Source: Thermodesulfovibrionia bacterium (lineage in GTDB: Bacteria; Nitrospirota; Thermodesulfovibrionia; UBA6902). Taken from it: a DNA stretch of 64,000 nucleotides. Below, in pieces: positions 29,175 to 39,000 of this stretch. The DNA lies in assembly GCA_020053105.1 (NCBI GenBank), contig JAGVNU010000030.1, forward strand, positions 21,838 to 85,837. The letters run 5' to 3'. Every line of letters begins with the position of its first letter. The stretch's first letter is position 1. Position numbers and translations under genes: made by a program. The notes under the pieces were generated by a model that was not told where the DNA came from, did no database searches, and saw only the letters and a program-made list of their open reading frames with translations.

Positions 29175-30587
29175 CTAAGTTATCGTGAACCCTGAGCCGT
29201 CTATCAGATGCAAAGGACCTGCCACTGGATCAGGAACGGCGACTCCGTCAATCTCCATACCCATTCTGTCAGGGCTGCCGTCTTTCACAGTTACTGTAAA
29301 GGTGTGTCCCTGCTCTCCATTCAATGTCCCTGTGCCTGTGATAGTTGCAGTTCCATTTGCAATTACCGGCGCATTAATTGATGTGGCCTGAAAGAATGTG
29401 TCCTCAAAGTCATAGCTTAATGAACCCTCTCCGATGTCTGACACATTCAGATTCAATGTTGCCGGGAACGGACAGGTCTGGCCAATTCCTGAAATAGAAG
29501 TGTCTTCTATCGTAAAACCTGCGCCATCTATGATCAGTAATGGACCTACAATAGAGACTGTCCCGGAAATACCGTCAATCTGCATAGCCATCTTATCCGG
29601 GCCGTCTTTAACAGTTGCTATAAATATATGGTTCGGGTCGCCATTCAGATTTCCAGTGCCTGTGATAAGCGCTGATCCATCGGGAAGCATTATCACACTT
29701 GAAATTTCTGTGGCCTCCAGAAATGTTTCCTGGTACTCATACCTCAACGTACTCGTTTCAAGAGAAGTTACATCTACATTCAAGTTTAAAGTCGCCGGGA
29801 ACGGACATGTTTGGCCCGTGCCTGATACGAAAGAGTCTGTAAGCGCATTTGCTACCTCTCCTTCTTCAATGAGATCGTCCGGCTCATCTAACTTGTCGAA
29901 ATGTGCCTCTCCGACCGGGACCCCGTTTAATGAAATTATGACCGTCCCATGGGTTATATCTATATACAGATTGAGGTCGTCAATTACACCGTCAAGGCCT
30001 GTTCCGTCTGCTTCATAATCATCATCGGTGAGCGGATTGCTATTTGAGGCATTGTAAGCCGGATTATTAAGTATTGGGGCCAGCAAAGTCAGGATATCAC
30101 TAATAGCTTTATCGATATCAGTTTGTGCTACTGGATGAGTCAGCGGGTTATTGTAAACATCAGCCGGGTCTAAGCCGGAAGCAGCAGCTATTGCGAGATT
30201 TGTCAGAGGATTAACATTGGCAGTCCCTGGATTAATCGAGACGGAATAAAGAGTAATAGGCCGTCCATTTATTACGCCCTCTGCGCGAATATAAAAAGGC
30301 GGGTTGTTGAACCCGGTTACATCAATAGAATAATTTCCATTCGCATCTATCGGATATGGCCCGTGCTCCGTACCACTTGAATCTTTAACATAAACGTTGC
30401 CACCTGCCAGCGGAGCCCCAATTGCCGCAACACCTGATACTGTCTCAGGCTGACTGCCTGGCTGCGGGATAGAACCACTGCTGCTGCCGCCACCACCTCC
30501 TCCTCCGCTGCCGCAAGCTGTTAAAGATAAGGCCAGTAAAACTGCCAATAACATGCCGATGATATATCTCAACTCTTTGTGTTTCAT
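29175..30587 (-). CDS. Surface lipoprotein with Gly/Ser linker and two ~110-aa beta-rich C-terminal repeats
   Basis: Lipobox LTAC-GSGGGGGG; repeats both begin SGxGQTCPFPATLNLNV and end DGxGFTI; start set at ATG 30587 to give a normal signal peptide. Confidence 0.75.
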   Translation of the reverse strand: MKHKELRYIIGMLLAVLLALSLTACGSGGGGGGGSSSGSIPQPGSQPETVSGVAAIGAPLAGGNVYVKDSSGTEHGPYPIDANGNYSIDVTGFNNPPFYIRAEGVINGRPITLYSVSINPGTANVNPLTNLAIAAASGLDPADVYNNPLTHPVAQTDIDKAISDILTLLAPILNNPAYNASNSNPLTDDDYEADGTGLDGVIDDLNLYIDITHGTVIISLNGVPVGEAHFDKLDEPDDLIEEGEVANALTDSFVSGTGQTCPFPATLNLNVDVTSLETSTLRYEYQETFLEATEISSVIMLPDGSALITGTGNLNGDPNHIFIATVKDGPDKMAMQIDGISGTVSIVGPLLIIDGAGFTIEDTSISGIGQTCPFPATLNLNVSDIGEGSLSYDFEDTFFQATSINAPVIANGTATITGTGTLNGEQGHTFTVTVKDGSPDRMGMEIDGVAVPDPVAGPLHLIDGSGFTIT

Positions 30588-30741
30588 CTCTTCTTTATTA
30601 CCCCCTATTTTGATCGACTTTGCAAAACGGCATTCATTGACTGTTGTATTAAGGATATGAAGCGACACTTAACCACCTTACTAAATTTTAATTTTGGATT
30701 TATCTCAGCTAATGAAATCGATAAACGACTACAGGGGATAA

Positions 30742-30757
30742 AGCAAAATATTTGCCA
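30742..30757 (-). promoter_or_regulatory. Sigma54 (-24/-12) promoter
   Basis: Minus strand TGGCAAATATTTTGCT = GG-N10-GC upstream of lipoprotein/PEP-CTERM genes. Confidence 0.65.
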
Positions 30758-30926
30758 GCACTTCTATAGCAAAAACATTATTGGCTTTTTCGTTACTAAA
30801 CAGGTCGTTAAGTCAATAGAGAGTTGTTTTTCATTGTACACGGACGAATAAAAGATGTGCCTTTGAACTGGATGTCCCGCACACTTGTGTGCCATGCTAC
30901 ACTTAGCAATTCTTCCTTATAATTCC

Positions 30927-30953
30927 TCAAGTTTTCTCTTCCAGCTCCGATAT
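30927..30953 (+). promoter_or_regulatory. Sigma28 (FliA)-type promoter
   Basis: TCAAG-N14-TCCGATAT, 25 nt before ATG 30979. Confidence 0.55.
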
Positions 30954-30978
30954 AACAACTAAGACCAGGGAGGATAAA

Positions 30979-32031
30979 ATGATAGTAAACAGCTCTGACA
31001 TATCAATGGCCTCAAAGTATTCGCTTGTTCAGCATTACGAAAAAACCGAAGAACTTCAGATGTGGGTCGGGGAAGAAAATCCTTTCGAGCCACGGGAAAA
31101 ACGGTCCGCGTCACAGGACAGGGTTTCCATAACAGAAGACGCAAGAAACTATGTTGCGAAAAAACGGGAGGCCCAGGAGGCGGAAGAAGCCGATCTAGAA
31201 GAAAGGGTGACCGGCAAGCTCATGCTTATAAAGCTCCTAGTCGAATCCTTTACAGGAAAGAAAATAAACCTGAGGGACCTTAAGGAAATGAATGATGATT
31301 CAGATTCAGCAGTGACCTCTTCGGAGACAGAAGAAGCCCATGCTGAGGAAGGACAGCCTGAAAGATGGGGCTTAATATATAACAGCCGTGAATCCTACTA
31401 TGAACATGAGAAGCTGTCATTTAAGGCTAAAGGGACTGTCACGACAGCAGACGGCAGGGAAATAGACTTCAAGCTTCACCTTAAACTGGACAGAAAATAC
31501 ATGTCTGAAGAATCCGTCAGTATCCGTGCTGGGGACGCGGCATTGACGGATCCACTGGTGATAAATTATGCAGGCCCGGCAGCTGATCTCACAAACACCA
31601 AATTTTCTTTTGACCTTGATGCAGACGGTACAGATGATAATATCTCCTTTGTCAGGCCTGGAAGCGGGCTTCTCACCCTAGACCTGAATAATGATGGGGC
31701 AGTCAACAACGGCACAGAGCTCTTCGGCCCCTCGACAGGGAATGGATTTACTGAACTGGCGGCATATGATGAGGACGTTAACAGATGGATCGACGAGAAC
31801 GATTCGGTATTTACCAAACTCAGTATATGGACAAAGGACGCTGAGGGAAACGATATTCTTTCCTCGCTGAAGGAAAAGGGTATCGGAGCCATATATCTGG
31901 AAAATATCAGTACGGAGTTTAACTTAAAAGATACCGGCAACCAGCTTAACGGGCAGGTTGCAAGTACGGGCTTATACCTGAATGAGAACGGTACCCCCGG
32001 GACTATTCAGCAGGCAAATATCGTAGTATAA
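30979..32031 (+). CDS. Conserved hypothetical acidic protein with DxDxDG motifs
   Basis: GTVTTADGREIDF, DPLVIN, FDLDADG, LDLNNDG, ELFG, DENDSVF; SD GGGAGG. Confidence 0.75.
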   Translation: MIVNSSDISMASKYSLVQHYEKTEELQMWVGEENPFEPREKRSASQDRVSITEDARNYVAKKREAQEAEEADLEERVTGKLMLIKLLVESFTGKKINLRDLKEMNDDSDSAVTSSETEEAHAEEGQPERWGLIYNSRESYYEHEKLSFKAKGTVTTADGREIDFKLHLKLDRKYMSEESVSIRAGDAALTDPLVINYAGPAADLTNTKFSFDLDADGTDDNISFVRPGSGLLTLDLNNDGAVNNGTELFGPSTGNGFTELAAYDEDVNRWIDENDSVFTKLSIWTKDAEGNDILSSLKEKGIGAIYLENISTEFNLKDTGNQLNGQVASTGLYLNENGTPGTIQQANIVV

Positions 32032-32110
32032 TAATTTACTGTTTACAGCAAAGCAGGAAGGGTCTGGAAATTTCCGGAACCTTTTTGTTTTAATTGTTGA
32101 AGCTGATATC

Positions 32111-32878
32111 ATGAACCACATAAAACTTATCCTACAATATGACGGGACAGACTACGCGGGATGGCAGGTACAGGCAAATGCCGCCACTATCCAGGGACAT
32201 CTTGAAGATATCATCTTTACAATCACTGGAGAACGCTCAAGAGTTACTGGAGCGGGAAGGACTGACGCCGGAGTTCACGCACTTGAGCAGGTTGCCGCTT
32301 TCAGGACAAACTCCAATTTATCTCCTGAGGTTTTCATGCGCGCCCTTAACGCTACTTTGCCGCCGGACATCAGGGTATTGAATGCAGCGGGATGTCCCGA
32401 AGATTTTCATCCCCGTTATGATGCAAAAAACAAGACGTACACGTATCTTATTTCCGGCATGGGGGCATATTCCGTTTTCATCCCAAGATATTCATGGAAT
32501 ATGCGCTGTAAACTTGATACAGGCTCAATGAAAGAAGCAGCGTTTTACTTAATAGGGAGACATGATTATTCTTCTTTTCGCGCGTCAGGGTGCAGTTCCA
32601 GTCACCCTGTCAGGGAAATCAGCGGGATTGAAATCTCTGAAATGGATACGATCGAGTTTATTGGTTTCAGCTTCGATATCCCCGTAATAAAAATAAGCAT
32701 AACGGCTACGGCCTTTCTGAGACATATGGTACGTAACATCGTTGGGACTCTTGTTGATGCGGGAAGGAAGAAATTTACGCCATCGCGTATAAAGCAGATT
32801 CTTGATGCAAAAGACAGGCGTCTTGCGGGAAGGACAGCGCCGGCCTGCGGGTTGTATATGGAAAAAATAGTGTATTAG
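32111..32878 (+). CDS. truA: tRNA pseudouridine(38-40) synthase
   Basis: YDGTDYAGWQ, GRTDAGVHA, FLRHMVRNIVG, TAPACGL. Confidence 0.97.
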   Translation: MNHIKLILQYDGTDYAGWQVQANAATIQGHLEDIIFTITGERSRVTGAGRTDAGVHALEQVAAFRTNSNLSPEVFMRALNATLPPDIRVLNAAGCPEDFHPRYDAKNKTYTYLISGMGAYSVFIPRYSWNMRCKLDTGSMKEAAFYLIGRHDYSSFRASGCSSSHPVREISGIEISEMDTIEFIGFSFDIPVIKISITATAFLRHMVRNIVGTLVDAGRKKFTPSRIKQILDAKDRRLAGRTAPACGLYMEKIVY

Positions 32879-32893
32879 AAGTCTAAAAGGTCT

Positions 32894-34270
32894 TCACCCC
32901 ACGACATTAAAATTCCTGACCCTCAGCTCTACGCCCAAATCCTTTGCAACCTCTCTGCATTTTTCGATATTTATTCCGGGTACTTTGACAACGGTGACCT
33001 TCACATCAGGAATAACTTTAAGCGCTTCCTGTATAAATGAGATAACGCCCCTGTACGCGCCCTTGATGGAAGGCCTGCATATTTTGTCGTATTTTTTTTC
33101 ATCCTCCGCATCGAGGCTGATTGAAATGCTGTCAACAACGTCCTTTAATTCCGGGACTATGTTTCTCCCGTTGATTATATTCCCGTGTCCATTCGTGTTT
33201 ATCCTGACCCTGCCGCCCTGCCCTTTTATCCATTTGGCCACTTTCTTCACAACATCAAGCCTTAACAGCGGCTCGCCGATGCCGCAGAAGACAATTTCAC
33301 TGTATGCCTTCGGGTCCTTTATCGCCTTGATTACCTGTGCTGCAGTTGGCTCTTTTTCAAGCTGAAGGTTATGTCCCTTTACATAGGTCGTGCGGAACTT
33401 GACACAGAACCCGCATTTATTGGTGCATTTGTTCGTAATGTTCAGGTACAGCGAGTCCCTTATCCTGTATGCTATTTCTCCATGTTCAGATATGTCCCCT
33501 ATCTTGAAAAGTCTCATTGCATTGTGAGTCGTAATCCGGGCCAGATCAGCAAAATTGACACCCCTTATGTCCGCCACAACCTCCGCTGTATGTTTAAGGC
33601 ATGCCGGCTCGTTCCTTTTCCCCCTTAAAGGTACAGGACTCAGATAAGGGGCGTCCGTTTCTATCAGTAAAAAATCATCCGGGATTAATTTAGCCGCTTC
33701 CCTCAGATCAGCCGCATTCTTATATGTGACCGGTCCTGCAATAGAGATGCAGAAGCCGAGTTCCATCGCCTTTTCAGCCATGTCCATGTCCCCTGAAAAA
33801 CAGTGGAGAACGCCCAGTGTGTCTGACGACTCTTCCCTGAGCACCCGCAGCGTATCATTTTTTGCTTCCCTGCTATGAACGATTGCCGGCAGACCAAGTC
33901 CCTTTGCAAGTGCGAGCTGCTTCCTGAAAGCCTCTATCTGCACCCCTTTGGGAGAATGCAGATAATGATAATCAAGGCCTATTTCCCCGATTGCTACTAC
34001 CTTAGGCTCTTTCGCCCACTTCTTCACTTCCTTATATAACGAGTCATCCAGGTCCTTAGCATCATGCGGATGGATCCCTGCTGCGGCATATACATTAGGA
34101 TACTTTTTCGATAACTCCAGGCCTCTTAAGTTTCCATTTTTGTCAGAACCTGCATTTATCATGTATCCTATGCCTGCTTCCTCAGCACGCTTCAGAACAT
34201 CGGCTCTGTCTTCATCAAATGCCTCATTTTCCAGATGGCAATGCGTATCTATAAGCACATGTTTCACCAA
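32894..34270 (-). CDS. tatD: TatD nuclease fused to TatD-associated radical SAM domain
   Basis: DTHCH, GIHPH, GEIGLD, HCFSG, ETDAPYL; C-terminal LYLNITNKCTNKCGFC, FCGIGEP. Confidence 0.9.
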   Translation of the reverse strand: MVKHVLIDTHCHLENEAFDEDRADVLKRAEEAGIGYMINAGSDKNGNLRGLELSKKYPNVYAAAGIHPHDAKDLDDSLYKEVKKWAKEPKVVAIGEIGLDYHYLHSPKGVQIEAFRKQLALAKGLGLPAIVHSREAKNDTLRVLREESSDTLGVLHCFSGDMDMAEKAMELGFCISIAGPVTYKNAADLREAAKLIPDDFLLIETDAPYLSPVPLRGKRNEPACLKHTAEVVADIRGVNFADLARITTHNAMRLFKIGDISEHGEIAYRIRDSLYLNITNKCTNKCGFCVKFRTTYVKGHNLQLEKEPTAAQVIKAIKDPKAYSEIVFCGIGEPLLRLDVVKKVAKWIKGQGGRVRINTNGHGNIINGRNIVPELKDVVDSISISLDAEDEKKYDKICRPSIKGAYRGVISFIQEALKVIPDVKVTVVKVPGINIEKCREVAKDLGVELRVRNFNVVG

Positions 34271-34480
34271 GCGGTTTCCTCCATAACTGTATAATTATGT
34301 ACTTTTTTTAATAGAAGAATCGGGACCCGCGATAATTTCCGTTTATGCAATTAATTCACAAGCTTCCAGATTCTGATTTTTATGTTAGTGAAATATTAAT
34401 GATTTGTCAAAGCCGTGACCTTGTAATTTTCCGTAGAATATGGTAATTTCTCAATTTATTATATATAAGGGGGAGCCCAT

Positions 34481-34696
34481 ATGAAAGAAGAGGAAACCAT
34501 GAGTGTTTTAAGGAATGAGAATGAAGAATATAGAAAACTTGAGGAAGATCACAGGAAATTAGATCAGGCCCTTGATGCAATGCATAAAAAGAAGTATCTT
34601 ACCACTGATGAAGAGGTAGAGAAAAAGAGAATGCAGAAACAGAAACTTCAATATAAAGACCGTATGGCCCAGATAATCAGAGACCATAAACATTAA
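34481..34696 (+). CDS. DUF465/YdcH-like small coiled-coil protein
   Basis: EYRKLEEDHRKLD...KRMQKQKLQYKDRM. Confidence 0.75.
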   Translation: MKEEETMSVLRNENEEYRKLEEDHRKLDQALDAMHKKKYLTTDEEVEKKRMQKQKLQYKDRMAQIIRDHKH

Positions 34697-34698
34697 AG

Positions 34699-34725
34699 GT
34701 ATGGGCGGGGTCACCCCGCCCGTAC
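34699..34725. repeat. REP-like palindrome
   Basis: GTATGGGCGGGG-TCA-CCCCGCCCGTAC. Confidence 0.55.
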
Positions 34726-34757
34726 ATGTTAGGCGGGCCGTTTAAATATAAAAAAAA

Positions 34758-36413
34758 ATGAAAAGTGATTTAATTAAAAAAGGACTGGAAAGAGTACCGC
34801 ACAGGGCCTTGCTGTATGCTACGGGAATTCCCCGTTCTGAGATGAATAAACCCTTTATCGGGGTAGCCACAAGCTTTACGGATATTATCCCCGGGCATGC
34901 CGGCATGCGTGACCTTGAAAGGTTTATAGAAAAAGGCGTCCATACCGGCGGCGGTTATCCGTTCTTCTTTGGAATTCCCGGGATTTGTGACGGCATTGCC
35001 ATGGGGCACCGCGGGATGCATTACAGCCTTGCTTCAAGGGAACTGATCGCGGACATGGTTGAAACCGTTGCCGAGGCCCATCAGCTGGACGGCCTTGTGC
35101 TTCTCACTAATTGTGACAAAATTACCCCTGGAATGCTAATGGCAGCTGCCAGGGTCAATGTCCCGTCAATAGTGGTCACCGCCGGTCCCATGATGTCAGG
35201 GCACTTAAGAGGCAAGAGACTTTCATTCGTAAATGACGCCTATGAAGCAATCGGCAAATATAAAAAAGGACTTCTGACTAATTCCGACCTGGCAGAGCTG
35301 GAGGTATGCTCCTGTCCCGGAGCAGGGTCCTGTCAGGGGATGTATACTGCAAACACGATGGCCTGTGTGACCGAGGCCCTCGGTATGAGCCTTCCCGGAT
35401 GCGCAACCGCCCTCGCAGTGTCGTCAAAAAAGCGGAGACTTGCATTTGAAAGCGGCAGCAGAATAGTGGAACTCGTGAAAAAGAATATAACACCCCGGAA
35501 GATATTGACCCAAAAGGCCTTTGAAAACGCAATCAGGGTAGATATGGCATTAGGAGGCTCAACAAATACGGTTTTACATATTCCGGCAATCGCTCACGAG
35601 GCTGAGGTATCTCTGTCCCTGGAACTATTTGATAAAATAAGCAGCAAGACCCCTCATATCTCCAATATGCTGCCGGGCGGGACCCATTATCTGGAAGACC
35701 TCGATTATGCAGGCGGGATACCGGCAGTTTTCAAGAGATTGAAATCCAGCCTGAATAACGCTGCCACCATTTCGGGCATGAAAACATTCGACATTGCCGA
35801 CAAGGCTGAGATCATAGATCCTGAAGTTATAAGACCGCTCAACAAGGCATACCATAAAGAAGGCGGTATAGCGGTCTTAAAGGGCTCTCTTGCCCCTGAC
35901 GGAGCAGTGGTAAAACAGACGGCAGTGAGCAGTAACATGATGCGATTCAAAGGCAAGGCAAGGGTGTTTAACTCAGAGGAAAATACAATGAAGGCCATTC
36001 TCTCAGGAAAGATCAGGCCCGGTGACGTTGTAGTCATCCGGTACGAGGGGCCTAAGGGCGGGCCTGGCATGCGTGAGATGTTAAACGCAACCGCCACTAT
36101 AGCCGGCATGGGAATGGGCGAGTCAGTGGCATTAATAACCGACGGACGTTTTTCCGGGGGAACAAGGGGGCCGTGTATCGGCCATGTATCTCCGGAAGCA
36201 ATGGAAGGCGGCCCTATTGCAATTGTCAGGGACGGCGATATTATCAGTATTGATATACCGAAAAGAAAAATTGATTTACTTGTGAAAGAAGAAGAGATAA
36301 CGAAGAGATTTAAAACACACAAGGCGATTAAACCCAAAATAAACAAGGGCTGGCTTGCGAGATACGCTAAATTAGTGACCTCGGCAAGCACAGGCGCAGT
36401 GATGAAGTCGTAG
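34758..36413 (+). CDS. ilvD: Dihydroxy-acid dehydratase
   Basis: [38 protein letters not shown]. Confidence 0.97.
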   Translation: MKSDLIKKGLERVPHRALLYATGIPRSEMNKPFIGVATSFTDIIPGHAGMRDLERFIEKGVHTGGGYPFFFGIPGICDGIAMGHRGMHYSLASRELIADMVETVAEAHQLDGLVLLTNCDKITPGMLMAAARVNVPSIVVTAGPMMSGHLRGKRLSFVNDAYEAIGKYKKGLLTNSDLAELEVCSCPGAGSCQGMYTANTMACVTEALGMSLPGCATALAVSSKKRRLAFESGSRIVELVKKNITPRKILTQKAFENAIRVDMALGGSTNTVLHIPAIAHEAEVSLSLELFDKISSKTPHISNMLPGGTHYLEDLDYAGGIPAVFKRLKSSLNNAATISGMKTFDIADKAEIIDPEVIRPLNKAYHKEGGIAVLKGSLAPDGAVVKQTAVSSNMMRFKGKARVFNSEENTMKAILSGKIRPGDVVVIRYEGPKGGPGMREMLNATATIAGMGMGESVALITDGRFSGGTRGPCIGHVSPEAMEGGPIAIVRDGDIISIDIPKRKIDLLVKEEEITKRFKTHKAIKPKINKGWLARYAKLVTSASTGAVMKS

Positions 36414-36462
36414 GGCAAAGTCATCTCGCCCTTCAAGGTTCAAAATTAAATATGGAGATAAA

Positions 36463-38193
36463 ATGAAAAAAAGCGGCGCTGAAATATTGATTGAATGTCT
36501 GAAGAAAGAAGGGGTAAAACACATCTTCGGTTATCCGGGAGGCGTGGTCCTCAATATCTTTGATGTTCTTTATTATGCAAAAGATATTGAGCTTATCCTT
36601 ACCAGGCATGAACAGGGGGCAGTACATGCGGCAGACGGTTATGCAAGGGCAAGCGGTAAAGTCGGTGTTGTGCTTATTACCTCAGGTCCCGGAGCAACCA
36701 ACACGGTAACCGGAATTGCCACCGCCTCGATGGATTCCATCCCGCTTGTGGTGTTTTCCGGACAGGTGCCGACTATGCTCATCGGAAATGACGCGTTTCA
36801 GGAAGCAGACATAGTAGGGATCACAAGGCCATGTACAAAACACAATTTCCTTGTAAAAGACGTTAAGGACCTCGCACAGACTGTGAGAGAAGCATTTCAC
36901 ATAGCATCTACGGGAAGACCGGGCCCTGTTTTAATAGACCTGCCAAAGGACGTGACAGCGGGTTCAACCGATTTCATCTGGCCTGAGGAAGTCAAGATCA
37001 GAAGTTATAACCCGACGTATCACGGGAACAAATATATGATAAACCAGGCCGCTCAGATGATAGCACAGGCGAAGAAGCCTGTCATAATGGCCGGAGGGGG
37101 CGTGATATTATCAGGCGCGTCAAAAGAGCTGAAGGAATTGGCGGAGCTTGCAAAAATGCCTGTTACCATGACCCTGATGGGGCTCGGCGGATTTCCCGGG
37201 ACCAATAAACTGTCCATGGGCATGCTTGGCATGCACGGCACATTTTATGCCAACACAGCCGTTCAGAATTCAGACCTTCTCATAGGAATCGGTGTGAGGT
37301 TTGACGACCGCGTCACTGGAAAGACCGACTCGTTTGCTCCTCATGCAAAGATAATCCAGATTGACATTGATCCGACATCAATCAGGAAAAATGTACGGGT
37401 GGACCTGCCGGTAGTCGGAGATGTAAAAAACGTATTAAAAGACCTGATAAAGGTACTCAAGGAATCAAAAGAACAGTGGGGCGCGATCAGAAGCTCGTGG
37501 CTAAAGCAGATAGACAAATGGAAAGAGGAAAGACCTCTCACATACAGATTTGACAAAAATATCATCAAACCCGAATTTGTCGTGGAAAAGATATACGAAC
37601 TCACAAAAGGTGAAGCGATAATCTGCACCGAAGTGGGACAGAACCAGATGTGGGCAGCACAGTTTTACAAATATGATCAGCCGAGAAAATTTGTATCTTC
37701 CGGCGGGCTCGGGACCATGGGGTACGGGTTCCCTGCCGCAATCGGCGCCCAGTTCGCATGTCCTGACAAAGTTGTCATTGACATAGCAGGAGATGGAAGC
37801 ATCCAGATGAACATTCAGGAACTGGCAACCGCAGTCATCAATAAACTGCCGGTTAAAGTGGCGATCCTGAACAACGGCTACCTTGGAATGGTCAGGCAGT
37901 GGCAGGAATTGTTCTTCAAAGAGCGTTATTCTCATACGCACCTTGAATCCGGGAACCCTGATTTCGTCAAGGTCGCAGAGGCCTATGGCGCAGTAGGATT
38001 AAGGGCGACTAAGCCGGAGGAAGTGGCGCCTGTTATCAAAGAGGCGCTCAAGGTAAAGAACCGTCCGGTCTTTATGGACTTCGTCGTGGACTGGAAGGCA
38101 AAGGTCTTCCCGATGGTCCCTGCGGGAGCGGCAATAGACCAGATGATATTCAATGAAGAAAAAGAAGAGAAGAAACTTAAGGCAGTGAAATAG
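36463..38193 (+). CDS. ilvB: Acetolactate synthase large subunit
   Basis: RHEQGA, SGPGATN, GMLGMHG, GDGS...NN TPP motif, MVRQWQ. Confidence 0.97.
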   Translation: MKKSGAEILIECLKKEGVKHIFGYPGGVVLNIFDVLYYAKDIELILTRHEQGAVHAADGYARASGKVGVVLITSGPGATNTVTGIATASMDSIPLVVFSGQVPTMLIGNDAFQEADIVGITRPCTKHNFLVKDVKDLAQTVREAFHIASTGRPGPVLIDLPKDVTAGSTDFIWPEEVKIRSYNPTYHGNKYMINQAAQMIAQAKKPVIMAGGGVILSGASKELKELAELAKMPVTMTLMGLGGFPGTNKLSMGMLGMHGTFYANTAVQNSDLLIGIGVRFDDRVTGKTDSFAPHAKIIQIDIDPTSIRKNVRVDLPVVGDVKNVLKDLIKVLKESKEQWGAIRSSWLKQIDKWKEERPLTYRFDKNIIKPEFVVEKIYELTKGEAIICTEVGQNQMWAAQFYKYDQPRKFVSSGGLGTMGYGFPAAIGAQFACPDKVVIDIAGDGSIQMNIQELATAVINKLPVKVAILNNGYLGMVRQWQELFFKERYSHTHLESGNPDFVKVAEAYGAVGLRATKPEEVAPVIKEALKVKNRPVFMDFVVDWKAKVFPMVPAGAAIDQMIFNEEKEEKKLKAVK

Positions 38194-38207
38194 ATTGTCA
38201 GTTGTTT

Positions 38208-38276
38208 GTCATTCCCGCGAAGGCGGATATCCAGAACATATTTAAAATACTGGATTCCCGTTTCCACGGGAATGAC
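38208..38276. repeat. Palindromic miniature element (GTCATTCCCG...CGGGAATGAC type)
   Basis: 10-bp perfect terminal inverted repeat with inner ATCCAG/CTGGAT stem, between ilvB and ilvN. Confidence 0.7.
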
Positions 38277-38313
38277 GCTAAAGCAAATCTCTAAACAAAT
38301 TCGAGGAGAAAAC

Positions 38314-38805
38314 ATGCGTCATACAATTTCGGTGCTTGTAGAAAATAAATTCGGGGTCCTTTCGAGAATCTCCGGGTTGTTCAGTGGAAGGGGTTATAAC
38401 ATCGAAAGCCTTTCAGTAGGTGAAACAATTGACCCGGCAGTTTCAGTTATGACAATTGTTACAACAGGTGAAGACCAGGTAGTTGAACAGATAACAAAGC
38501 AGCTTAACAAGCTCATTGACGTCATCAAGGTCGTGGACTTCATGGAGATCGAGCACGTAGAAAGGGAGATGGTCCTCGTAAAGGTCTCTCCGAGAAAGGA
38601 AGACCGCATCGAGGTCTTGAGACTCGCGGAGATATTCAGGGGCAGGATAGTCGATTCAGGGACAACGACATTCACCATAGAAATCACCGGTGAAGAAAAA
38701 AAGATAGCCGCCTTCATCGAACTCGTCAAGCCCTTCGGCATAAAAGAGTTCGTCCGCACCGGCAAGGTCGCCATCGCCCGTGAAGGGGTTAAGAAAGCGA
38801 AATAG
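38314..38805 (+). CDS. ilvN: Acetolactate synthase small subunit
   Basis: [36 protein letters not shown] domain; SD GAGGAG. Confidence 0.96.
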   Translation: MRHTISVLVENKFGVLSRISGLFSGRGYNIESLSVGETIDPAVSVMTIVTTGEDQVVEQITKQLNKLIDVIKVVDFMEIEHVEREMVLVKVSPRKEDRIEVLRLAEIFRGRIVDSGTTTFTIEITGEEKKIAAFIELVKPFGIKEFVRTGKVAIAREGVKKAK

Positions 38806-39000
38806 GAAGCTTTGATTCCCCGAAGCAAAACAATCGGGAACTGACACGATATACTTGCATGCAGATTTATTTTAATCTCAGAGCGATTTTATAATATCTT
38901 CTCAATTAGCCAGGCACTTAATTTATAGTTTTTCCGACCAGCAAGATATCCTGTCCGGAAAAGGAGACTAGCCATAGCGGATTCAATTGCACTACTGTCT

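Noticed and set aside
35705-36436. Long antisense ORFs (e.g. 243 aa opposite ilvD, 255 aa opposite the HK, 237 aa at 55707)
   Set aside because: They shadow well-supported genes on the other strand and have no recognisable motifs.
38206-38313. N-terminal extension of IlvN in the ORF track
   Set aside because: It is translated palindromic repeat sequence; a good SD and ATG at 38314 give the normal start.
38806-39000. yybP-ykoY Mn riboswitch upstream of TerC
   Set aside because: No GGGGAGTAG-type core recognised; only a weak TTTTCCG/CGGAAAA stem.
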